From an uncultured Cryomorphaceae bacterium (GTDB taxonomy: Bacteria > Bacteroidota > Bacteroidia > Flavobacteriales > UBA7430): a DNA stretch of 46,600 nucleotides. How positions within the stretch are numbered: the first letter of the stretch is position 1; each line of letters begins with the position of its first letter. Shown here piece by piece: positions 9,499 through 17,929 of the stretch. Below the pieces are notes generated by a model. It was given only the letters and a program-made list of their open reading frames with translations. It did not search any database and was not told the DNA's origin. The translations under genes were made by a program, and so were the position numbers. The stretch is taken from positions 1-46,600 of the forward strand of contig CACDER010000004.1 of the NCBI GenBank assembly GCA_902551855.1, read 5' to 3'.

Positions 9499-10371
9499 TC
9501 ATCTTTTTTTGTTAACTAAATATACTCCTAAAAGAATAATTACTAATCCCAAAATATGATGCAATGATATTTGCTCATTATCGATTAATCCCCAAATCAA
9601 AGCTACTATTGGAATAAAGTAAGTACACGAAGTTGCAAAAACTGGTCCAGAATTAATGACTAATTTATTAAAAGCTAAAATTGATAAAGCTGAGCCAAAT
9701 ATTGCTAAAATAGACACAAATAAGAAACTATTAATAGCATTTATATCATTTTTCATGATATAAATGAAGTCTGTATTAAATAGATATACCCCAGAAATTG
9801 GACCAATAGTAAAAAAAGAAATAGTAGCTATTTGTAAAATATTCAAATCACTTAAATGTTCTTTTATAATATTTGTACTTAGACCATAAAGCATTGTTCC
9901 AAGTATTGCAAATGATATGTATTTTAAATTATTTAAATCTAGTTGAAATTTATTTGGAGAAATTAGTATTATAACCCCAATAAGACCTAATACAATTCCA
10001 ATATAATTAATAGGTTTTACTATAACTTTAAAAAATAAAACACCAATAAGTACAGTAAATAAGGGGGTTAATACATTAAGAATACCAACAACTCCAGAAT
10101 CGATATACATTTCAGATTTACTAAATAAAAATGAGGGGATTCCATTTCCTAAAAGACCATTTAGAAATAGAGGTAAAATTTTATTTCTAGGTATCTTAAA
10201 AAAATATTTAAATCCTAATATTGATAAAAATGATGATGCAATAAATATTCTTAAAGTTGCAACTTGATCAAATGAAAAAGATTCAAGACCTTTTTTGATA
10301 AGTATGAAAGAACTTCCCCAAATAAGAGAGATAATTATTAAAAGAACCCAATTTTGTTTAATAATGTTCAA
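9499..10371 (-). CDS. EamA/DMT family transporter
   Basis: IWGSSFILIKKGL and about 10 TM helices. Start set to TTG 10371, just downstream of a TACCTTTG box. Confidence 0.88.
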   Translation of the reverse strand: MNIIKQNWVLLIIISLIWGSSFILIKKGLESFSFDQVATLRIFIASSFLSILGFKYFFKIPRNKILPLFLNGLLGNGIPSFLFSKSEMYIDSGVVGILNVLTPLFTVLIGVLFFKVIVKPINYIGIVLGLIGVIILISPNKFQLDLNNLKYISFAILGTMLYGLSTNIIKEHLSDLNILQIATISFFTIGPISGVYLFNTDFIYIMKNDINAINSFLFVSILAIFGSALSILAFNKLVINSGPVFATSCTYFIPIVALIWGLIDNEQISLHHILGLVIILLGVYLVNKKR

Positions 10372-10381
10372 CTTTTTCCTA

Positions 10382-10429
10382 CAAAGGTATTTTTTTTCAA
10401 TATTAATTAGATAATTATTGTTATTTTTG
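10382..10429. promoter_or_regulatory. Divergent pair of -7 promoter boxes (DMT gene / HMA gene)
   Basis: Minus TACCTTTG at 10389-10382 and plus TATTTTTG at 10422-10429. Confidence 0.6.
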
Positions 10430-10450
10430 TTGAAAACAAAAAAAAATACC

Positions 10451-10900
10451 ATGAATTCAATTTTTAGATTTATACTTTTATTAACATTTTTATTTTTTAA
10501 TTCAAAAAATATTTCTGCACAAACAGAAAATAGTAATTTAGATAGTTATCAAAATCAAAATAATTTAAGTGTTTTTGAAATGGCTGTTTCTGGAATGTAT
10601 TGCCCAATGGGATGCGCTAGGGCACTTGAAGTTGAACTTAATAAAATAGACGGTGTCAATTCAGCTAAAGTAGATTTTGATAATTCAAGTGCTGAATTAT
10701 CTTTTGATCCTCTTGTAATCTCTGAAGCTTCAATTCTATCATTTGTAAATAATTACCGTGAAGGTTCATTTTCTGCAAAAAAAATTTTGAAAAAAAATTG
10801 TAACCCAAGTGATTGTGACAAACCTGATTGTTGTAAAAAAGTTGAAAAGAAACAAGTTAAAGCGGGTTGTCAAAAATCTTGTTGTTCTGGAAAAAAATAA
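10451..10900 (+). CDS. Exported heavy-metal-associated (HMA) domain protein with Cys-rich tail
   Basis: Signal peptide from ATG 10451; VSGMYCPMGC...LNKIDGV..AKVDF HMA pattern; tail CNPSDCDKPDCC...GCQKSCC. Confidence 0.85.
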   Translation: MNSIFRFILLLTFLFFNSKNISAQTENSNLDSYQNQNNLSVFEMAVSGMYCPMGCARALEVELNKIDGVNSAKVDFDNSSAELSFDPLVISEASILSFVNNYREGSFSAKKILKKNCNPSDCDKPDCCKKVEKKQVKAGCQKSCCSGKK

Positions 10901-10956
10901 ATATTTCAACTTTATACAATTTATTAGTTTGTTTAGGTTTATTACCCTGATGCATT

Positions 10957-11979
10957 ATGTTTTTTAAAAACTTATTAATCGCATGTCTGATATCAGTTTT
11001 TCTTATTATAGTAGCTGGTTCAATTGTTCGAATTACTGGATCTGGTATGGGGTGTCCAGACTGGCCTAAATGTTTTGGGTTTTACATTCCCCCATTTGAT
11101 GAAAATAAGATAATTTGGTCTCCAAAAAATAGTTATTTCAAAGGTCAAATTGTAATCCATAATGAAAAATTATATGTAAGTAAAAATAATTTTTATTCCA
11201 ATAATGATTTTAATTATTCCAATTGGGAATTTTTTAAAAAACATAATTATGCTAGGTATAATCCTTATCACACCTGGTTCGAATATATAAATAGATTAAT
11301 TGGAGCTATTTCAGGTTTTTTATGTTTAATATGTTTTGTTTTTTCTCTCAAGTACTGGAGAATTAATAAGAAAATAACAATGTTATCCTTCCTAACTCTT
11401 ATTTCAATGATTTTTCAGGCTTTCATTGGAGCTACTGTTGTATATTCAGTTCTGAAACCATTTAAAATTACAATTCATATGTTAATTGCACTTTTCATAA
11501 CATCGCTAATTACATTGAATATTAGTTTTTTTAAAACCTTAAAGATTGATAATAAAAAAACAATCAAAAAATTTAAATTAATTGTAATTTTATCTTTGAT
11601 AATATCTACAATTCAAATTATTTTTGGTACTCAAGTCAGACAACTTATTGATGAATTATCTAAAAGTGTGTTTCAAAATAATAGGGAATTATGGTTAAAT
11701 ATGGTTGGATTGAGATTTGAGGTACATAGATCTTTTGCAATATTAGTTTTAATAGTTAATCTTATTTTGGTGTATCTAAATTATAAAATGAAATTAAATT
11801 TATTTAAGGTTAATATTTTATTTGTATTCATTTTAATTGAAATTTTTACCGGTGTAGTTATGTCTTATTTTGGAATGCCTAAACTATTCCAGCCATTACA
11901 TTTAATATTTGCTTCAATATTATTTACAATCCAAAGTTCAATTTTATTTGACTTTATCAATGTCAGTGAATCTTATTGA
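10957..11979 (+). CDS. ctaA: Heme A synthase (COX15/CtaA family)
   Basis: GSIVRITGSGMGCPDWPKC, EYINRLIG, conserved TM histidines (IHM, VHRS, PLHL). Confidence 0.92.
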   Translation: MFFKNLLIACLISVFLIIVAGSIVRITGSGMGCPDWPKCFGFYIPPFDENKIIWSPKNSYFKGQIVIHNEKLYVSKNNFYSNNDFNYSNWEFFKKHNYARYNPYHTWFEYINRLIGAISGFLCLICFVFSLKYWRINKKITMLSFLTLISMIFQAFIGATVVYSVLKPFKITIHMLIALFITSLITLNISFFKTLKIDNKKTIKKFKLIVILSLIISTIQIIFGTQVRQLIDELSKSVFQNNRELWLNMVGLRFEVHRSFAILVLIVNLILVYLNYKMKLNLFKVNILFVFILIEIFTGVVMSYFGMPKLFQPLHLIFASILFTIQSSILFDFINVSESY

Positions 11980-12507
11980 CTCAATAAGTTTAATTATATC
12001 CTCTTTCAAAAAATTTTTTACAGGGATAATTGAATCATAATTCGGTTTGTTATTAAAATATAATGAACCTCTCACAAAATGATTTTTGGAATCAGTTGAA
12101 TAAAATTGAATGTTAGAAGCTGTATTCCCTATAATTTCGTACAACACTGATTTTGTTTCAAGGTTTTCATATAGTTTTTCATTTATTGCATTAGATTTTA
12201 TGGAATGGTCAAATACAAGCTTATAATTATCCTCTAAAATCTTATTTAAATCGGAATTTATTTTTTTATAAGTTATGTAGATAGTTGCATCAAAAATTTC
12301 GTAATAAATATTAATCCAACAATTTTTATCAGAGGTTTTTACTTTAGCATTAGATTCAATTAAGAACTCATAATTACAATCATTTGTATAAATTTTATAA
12401 TTTTTTTTTGGAAAATCAATTCTAAAATAACCTTTTGGTTTAGGAGAAAAGTTTTCACTACAAGATGAAATAATAAACAATATAAATAAAAACTTATTTG
12501 TTTCCAT
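11944..12507 (-). CDS. gldD: Gliding motility lipoprotein GldD
   Basis: Lipobox ISSC, PKPKGYFRIDFP, ASNIQFYSTDSKNHFVRGSLYF, PNYDSIIP. Confidence 0.92.
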   Translation of the reverse strand: METNKFLFILFIISSCSENFSPKPKGYFRIDFPKKNYKIYTNDCNYEFLIESNAKVKTSDKNCWINIYYEIFDATIYITYKKINSDLNKILEDNYKLVFDHSIKSNAINEKLYENLETKSVLYEIIGNTASNIQFYSTDSKNHFVRGSLYFNNKPNYDSIIPVKNFLKEDIIKLIESIRFTDIDKVK

Positions 12508-13834
12508 TTTTATTTAAAATTGTGACTTTGATTCTTGTTATTCGTCTCTCATTAAAATTTTCAATTTTAAATTTGAAGTTACTAAATTTAAATTCTTCAT
12601 TTTTTTTGGGTATTTCTCCTGTAATTTCAATTATAAATCCTGCTAAACTATCAGATTCTCCCTTGTGTTTTTCAAATTCTTCACCGTTTATATCAAGAAT
12701 TCTGTAAAAATCGTTTAAAGCTGTTTTCCCCTCAAAAACATAGTTAAAATCATCCAATTTTGAGTACTCTAAATTATCATCATCAAATTCATCACTAATT
12801 TCTCCAACTATTTCCTCAATAATGTCTTCTAAAGTAACTATACCAGAGGTACCACCATATTCGTCTACTACAATTGCAAGGTGAATTTTTTTTTCTTGAA
12901 ATTCTTTTAATAAATCATCAATTTTTTTGTTCTCAGGTACAAAAAATCCTTTTCTTATTAATTTAGACCAATTAAAATTTTCTTTTTCTTCAAGAAAAGG
13001 TAGTAAATCTTTAATATACAGAATACCTTTGATTTTATCTAAAGATTCAATGTAAACAGGAATTCTTGAATATCCACTTTTTTTAATAATTTTTAATACG
13101 TCAAAGAAAGTTTCATTAATTTCAATAGAGGTAACATCTATCCTAGATCTCATAATTTGTTTTACATCAGTATTTCCAAATTTCATTATTCCTTTGAATA
13201 TTTTTTTTTCTTCATGATTATCATTTTTTTTACTAGTAATTTCTAGTGCCATTGATAAGTCATCAAATGAAAGTTCAGATTGTAAATTATTGTTTTTACT
13301 TTCGATAATTTTAGTAGATTTTACTAAGATTTTATTTACAGGACTAAATATTTTTTCGAGAATAATAAGTGGTTTAATCATAAATAATGCAAATTTAACA
13401 GAATTATTATTTGCATAGATTTTTGGGAGCACTTCTCCAAAAAGTAATAACAAAAATGTTATCATTACAACTTGAATAATAAAGTTTAATATTTCATATT
13501 CAAAATTTTGAAAGAATCTAGAAGAAATAAATGTGGCAATAATTATAATTCCAACATTTATAAAGTTATTAGTTACTAAAATTGTGGCTAAAAGATATTT
13601 AGGTCTTTTTAAAAATTTTTCAATGCTGATAAATTTATTAGGGTAGGTTTTTTTAATTTCCTTTAAATTGTCAATAGTTAAGGAAAAAAAAGCGACTTCT
13701 GATCCAGATATTAGTGCAGAAAAAACTATTAATACAAGTATTGTAAAAATTGATATAATAATTAATTTTTTTAGTTAAACATCATCAAATATCGAATCAA
13801 ACTTAATAAAATTATAAATTACATTCAAATTCAA
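12494..13834 (-). CDS. gldE: GldE (CNNM/CBS/CorC hemolysin-type protein), 5' end interrupted by an in-frame TAA at 13777-13775
   Basis: The frame stays open upstream of the called ATG (13465) to 13774 and encodes SALISGSEVAFFSL and LLATILVTNNFIN. In-frame TTG at 13834. Body has FGEVLPK, GYSRIPVY and VVDEYGGTSG; adjacent to gldD. Confidence 0.85.
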
Positions 13835-13836
13835 AA

Positions 13837-14889
13837 TTAAATATTACTAATGAAGTTTTCAATTGGTTTTGGGACAGGAAGAGACATAAGTTTATTTTTG
13901 GATACAATTTCAAATTTTTTTGATTTAAATACAATATTCCCAGTTAATGTTACAAATGATATATTTAAATTTTGATGAGTAAGTTTATAGTTAATACTAA
14001 CTTTTTGGTTAATCACAATATCTTTATTTTTGAGCATATTTTTCAGTTTAATTAATATATTTTTATCAGTATTTTCTTTAGAATTTTTGAATTCGATATG
14101 TGGGAAATCGTATAAATTTCCCCAAATATCATTAGATAACCTCTTTTTCACATAATACTTTCCATAATGTTTCATAATTAAATATACCAAATATCTGGTT
14201 TTGTTTTTTTTTAACTTTAACTTATTAGGTAAGTTAAATTTTTCTTCTTTTTTGGATTCACAACTTATATTAAGAGGACAAAGGTCACACAAGGGATTTT
14301 TAGGTTTACAAATAGTTGAACCTAAGTCCATCATCCCTTGGTTATAATTACCAGGTTCACTTTCAGATACTAATTTATTAGAAAGTTTGGTGAATTTTTT
14401 TATTCCAAAATTTGAATTTATGGGATCATTAATCTTAAAATATCTAGACAAAATTCTGAGAACATTTCCATCTAAAACTGCTCTTTTTTCTTTAAAACAT
14501 ATTGAACTTACAGCAGCAGCTGTATATGGACCAACTCCTTTGAGTTTTATTAGATCATTATATTTTTTGGGAAAAATATTTTTTTTTTCATTGAAAATGA
14601 ATTTGGCTGTTTTATGCATATTAATTGCCCTTGAATAATAACCCAAACCTTGCCAAATTTTTAAAATATTATCTTCTTTTTCAGTCGCTAAATTTTCAAT
14701 CTTTGGATATTTTTCAATAAAATTTAAATAGTATGAAGTTCCCTGGCTTATTCTAGTTTGTTGGAGTATTATTTCAGAAACCCAAATTTTATATGGATCT
14801 TTAGTTTTTCTCCATGGAAGTTTTCTTTTATTTTTATTATACCAATTAATAATAATTTCAGAAAACTTAATTTTTTTTTTTTTTAACAT
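13837..14889 (-). CDS. mutY: A/G-specific adenine glycosylase
   Basis: LPWR, DPYKIWVSEIILQQT, WQGLGYYSRA, HhH GVGPYTA, 4Fe-4S motif C-X6-C-X2-C-X5-C. Confidence 0.96.
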   Translation of the reverse strand: MLKKKKIKFSEIIINWYNKNKRKLPWRKTKDPYKIWVSEIILQQTRISQGTSYYLNFIEKYPKIENLATEKEDNILKIWQGLGYYSRAINMHKTAKFIFNEKKNIFPKKYNDLIKLKGVGPYTAAAVSSICFKEKRAVLDGNVLRILSRYFKINDPINSNFGIKKFTKLSNKLVSESEPGNYNQGMMDLGSTICKPKNPLCDLCPLNISCESKKEEKFNLPNKLKLKKNKTRYLVYLIMKHYGKYYVKKRLSNDIWGNLYDFPHIEFKNSKENTDKNILIKLKNMLKNKDIVINQKVSINYKLTHQNLNISFVTLTGNIVFKSKKFEIVSKNKLMSLPVPKPIENFISNI

Positions 14890-14897
14890 ATTTGTTT

Positions 14898-14940
14898 CAA
14901 ATATATATTTTTTTATATTGATTATAAAAGATTATATTTG
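14898..14940. promoter_or_regulatory. Divergent -7 promoter boxes (mutY / HU operon)
   Basis: Minus TATATTTG at 14905-14898 and plus TATATTTG at 14933-14940. Confidence 0.65.
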
Positions 14941-14978
14941 CCAGCCATATAGAAATTAAATTTTTTTACACTAATGTT

Positions 14979-15260
14979 ATGACAAAAGCCGAAATTATAT
15001 CAAGGATTTCTTTTAAGACAGGTTTGGAAAAAATTGATATCAAGCTTGCTATAGACTCGATGATGGGTGAAATTAAATCTTCATTGAAATCAGGAGAAAA
15101 TGTTTATTTTAGAGGATTTGGTTCATTTAATATTAAACATAGAGCTGAAAAAACAGGGAGAAATATATCCAAAAATACAACAATAATTATACCTGCTCAT
15201 AAAGTTCCTGCATTTAAGCCATCGAAAGAGTTCATTAATTTAATTAAAGAAAATAATTGA
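14979..15260 (+). CDS. HU/IHF family DNA-binding protein
   Basis: MTKAEII, VYFRGFGSF, RAEKTGRNI, IPAHKVPAFKPSK. Confidence 0.95.
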   Translation: MTKAEIISRISFKTGLEKIDIKLAIDSMMGEIKSSLKSGENVYFRGFGSFNIKHRAEKTGRNISKNTTIIIPAHKVPAFKPSKEFINLIKENN

Positions 15261-15264
15261 TAAA

Positions 15265-15738
15265 ATGAAAATTAAAAATTATCTTCCATCAATTGCATTC
15301 ATAATAAGTGTTTTTTTTGTATTGATTTTATATTTAAAAGGCTCAAAAAATATTGTCAGCAAAAGCTTGGTTGATACCAATGAAGCTAAGATAGATTTTT
15401 TATTAAATCAAATATATGATAATTCTAACTTACAAGATAAAATGACAAATATTTTAAAATTAAGAGATTTATCTGAGAAATTTCCAGATAATGTTAAGAT
15501 TCAATGGAATATGGGGCTACTATCCATGGAGTCAAATCAAAATAAAAAAGCTATTAACAGGTTTAATAAGGTTATTTCATTAGATCCAAATTACTATGAT
15601 GCCTACTTTAATTTGTCAAATTGTTATTTAGCTTCAGGAGATACAGTGTCATCTATAATGACATTGGAAAGATTAATTAATTTGTCTTCAGACAGTACGA
15701 AAATGAGGGCAGAAAAATTATTAAATAAAATAAATTAG
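15265..15738 (+). CDS. Membrane-anchored TPR protein
   Basis: N-terminal TM segment; TPR-like KAINRFNKVISLDPNYYDAYFNLSNCY. Confidence 0.75.
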   Translation: MKIKNYLPSIAFIISVFFVLILYLKGSKNIVSKSLVDTNEAKIDFLLNQIYDNSNLQDKMTNILKLRDLSEKFPDNVKIQWNMGLLSMESNQNKKAINRFNKVISLDPNYYDAYFNLSNCYLASGDTVSSIMTLERLINLSSDSTKMRAEKLLNKIN

Positions 15739-15759
15739 TTTAATTAAAAGTAATCGTTT

Positions 15760-15852
15760 ATGCCAAGTGGAAAAAAAAGAAAAAGACATAAAATGTCGAC
15801 TCACAAGAGAAAAAAAAGATTAAGAAAAAATAGACATAAGAAGAAAAAATAG
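15760..15852 (+). CDS. 30-aa basic ribosomal protein bS22 (AURKAIP1/COX24/mS38-like); not in the ORF track
   Basis: Hand translation MPSGKKRKRHKMSTHKRKKRLRKNRHKKKK*, located between the HU/TPR genes and rne/rng. Confidence 0.85.
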   Translation: MPSGKKRKRHKMSTHKRKKRLRKNRHKKKK

Positions 15853-15907
15853 TTTTCTTCTAAATTTATATTAATTATTTAAAAAACTATTAAATAAAAT
15901 TTTATTT

Positions 15908-17428
15908 GTGAATGAGTTAATTATAAAGTCTTCAAGTCAAGAAGTATCAATTGCTTTACTTAAAGACGGGAAGCTAGTAGAACTCCATAGAGAAAAGAGT
16001 AATAATAGTTTTGCAGTAGGTGATATTTACTTAGGGAGAGTTAAAAAAATAATTACTGGTTTAAATGCTGTTTTTGTTGATATTGGTTCTGAAAAAGACG
16101 CTTTCCTTCATTATCATGATTTAGGCCCTAAATTATTGTCTTTCCAAAATTATACTAGTAAAAGTATTTTGGGAAAGCAAAAAAACTGGCTTTTATCAGA
16201 TTTTAAGTTTGATAAAGAAATTTTAAAAGAGGGAGCCATTAGTTCAGCTGTTTCAACTAATCAAAATATTTTAGTTCAAATTACTAAAGAGGCAATTTCA
16301 TCTAAAGGCCCTAGAATAAGTTCTGAAATATCAATTGCAGGGAGATATCTAGTTTTGGTTCCGTTTTCTGATAAAGTATCTGTATCTCAAAAGATTACTG
16401 ACCTTAATGAAAGAGATAGACTAAAAAGATTGATTCAAAGTATTAAACCCAAGGGATTTGGAGTAATTATTAGAACAGTTGCAATGAAGAAAAAAGTTGC
16501 AGATTTAGATTCAGATTTAAATAATATGATATCTAAGTGGAAACTAATAAACAAAAATTTAAGAAACTCCAAAAGTCCAAAAAAAATACTAGGTGAATTA
16601 GGAAAAGTTTCAGTAATATTGAGAGATATTTTAAACGATTCATTCAATAAAATAACGGTTGATAATAAAGAAATTTTTCACCAAATATTATCTTATTTGC
16701 GAACTATTGCTCCTGATAAGGAGAAAATACTAAAGTTATTTAAATCTGATTTACCTATTTTTGAAAAGTTCAATGTTGAAAAACAAATTAAGTCTTCATT
16801 TGGAAAAACTGTATCAATTAAAAAAGGTGCTTACCTTGTAATTGAGCATACCGAGGCATTACATGTAATTGATGTAAATTCTGGAAATAGAAACAATAAG
16901 TCAGATAGTCAAGAAGACAATGCCCTTGAAGTAAATCTTGAAGCGGCAAAGGAAATTGCAAGACAATTAAGATTAAGGGATATGGGGGGTATAATTGTTG
17001 TTGATTTTATTGATTTAAATGATAGTAAAAATAGAATTAAACTATTTGATTCATTGAAACTTTATATGAGTGAAGACAGAGCTAAACATAAAATTCTTCC
17101 ACCCAGCAAATTTGGTTTAATTGAGATAACTCGTCAGAGGCAAAAACCTGAGTTAAAAATTAATACTAATGAAAAATGTCCTACTTGTAAAGATAAAGGC
17201 GAGGTTAATCCGTTAATATTATTGATAGATAAAATATTATCTAGTCTTGATGAAAAACTGTTAACCAATAATAAAAATTCTTTGACAATATACTCTCATC
17301 CATTTGTTTCTTCCCATTTAAAAGAAAAACTATATTATAAAAAATTTTTATGGTTTTTTAAATATTTTAAAATTCTTAAATTTAAGCCACTCCATGGTAA
17401 CAATTTTTTTGAATATTCTATAAAATAA
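15908..17428 (+). CDS. Ribonuclease E/G family (RNase G-sized, GTG start)
   Basis: VGDIYLGRV S1 domain, TEALHVIDVNSG, RQLRLRDMGGIIVVDFID, CPTC Zn-link. Confidence 0.95.
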   Translation: MNELIIKSSSQEVSIALLKDGKLVELHREKSNNSFAVGDIYLGRVKKIITGLNAVFVDIGSEKDAFLHYHDLGPKLLSFQNYTSKSILGKQKNWLLSDFKFDKEILKEGAISSAVSTNQNILVQITKEAISSKGPRISSEISIAGRYLVLVPFSDKVSVSQKITDLNERDRLKRLIQSIKPKGFGVIIRTVAMKKKVADLDSDLNNMISKWKLINKNLRNSKSPKKILGELGKVSVILRDILNDSFNKITVDNKEIFHQILSYLRTIAPDKEKILKLFKSDLPIFEKFNVEKQIKSSFGKTVSIKKGAYLVIEHTEALHVIDVNSGNRNNKSDSQEDNALEVNLEAAKEIARQLRLRDMGGIIVVDFIDLNDSKNRIKLFDSLKLYMSEDRAKHKILPPSKFGLIEITRQRQKPELKINTNEKCPTCKDKGEVNPLILLIDKILSSLDEKLLTNNKNSLTIYSHPFVSSHLKEKLYYKKFLWFFKYFKILKFKPLHGNNFFEYSIK

Positions 17429-17461
17429 ATCTGTTTTTAAAGAAATTATATTTAATTATTT

Positions 17462-17909
17462 ATGAAAAATATAAAGGAAAAAATTTTAAAATTTTGTTTA
17501 TACAGAGAAAGATGCGAGTTTGAAGTCGAAAAAAAATTAAAAGTTTTTCAAATCAATGAAAAAGAAATTAATAAAATCGTGAATGAGCTTAAATTAGAAA
17601 ATTTTATAAATAATAAAAGATTTACAAAAAGTTATATCAGAGGCAAGTATGAATATAAAAAACTGGGGGTTTAAAAAAATAAAGTTCCATTTAAACAAGT
17701 TTAAAATTCCTGATAAATTAATCACTGAACAATTAAATAAAATAGATTTAAATTCATATGATGAAAAAATTAAAAAAATTATTAGATACAAAATCCAATC
17801 TTATGGAGAATCAAAATTTTTGAAAAAAAAAATATTCACTTTTATGATATCTAAAGGCTATGAATACAGTAGAATTGAAAAAAATTATAATGAGCTAAAA
17901 TATAATTAA
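17462..17909 (+). CDS. recX: Regulatory protein RecX, split by a +1 frameshift in an A6 run (17657-17662)
   Basis: FCLYRERCEFEV...FINNKRF in the first ORF; WGFKKIKFHL...KGYEY in the second. Removing one A gives YKNWGFKKIK. Confidence 0.82.
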
Positions 17910-17929
17910 TAATTAGTAAAAAGTTAAAG

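Noticed and set aside
10372-10452. Head-to-head overlap of the DMT and HMA ORFs as given in the track
   Set aside because: Artefact of longest-ORF calling; internal starts with divergent TAnnTTTG boxes explain the region.
13775-13777. Stop-codon reassignment or read-through to explain the gldE TAA
   Set aside because: TAA ends many genes here and Trp is encoded by TGG; a single case does not support recoding.
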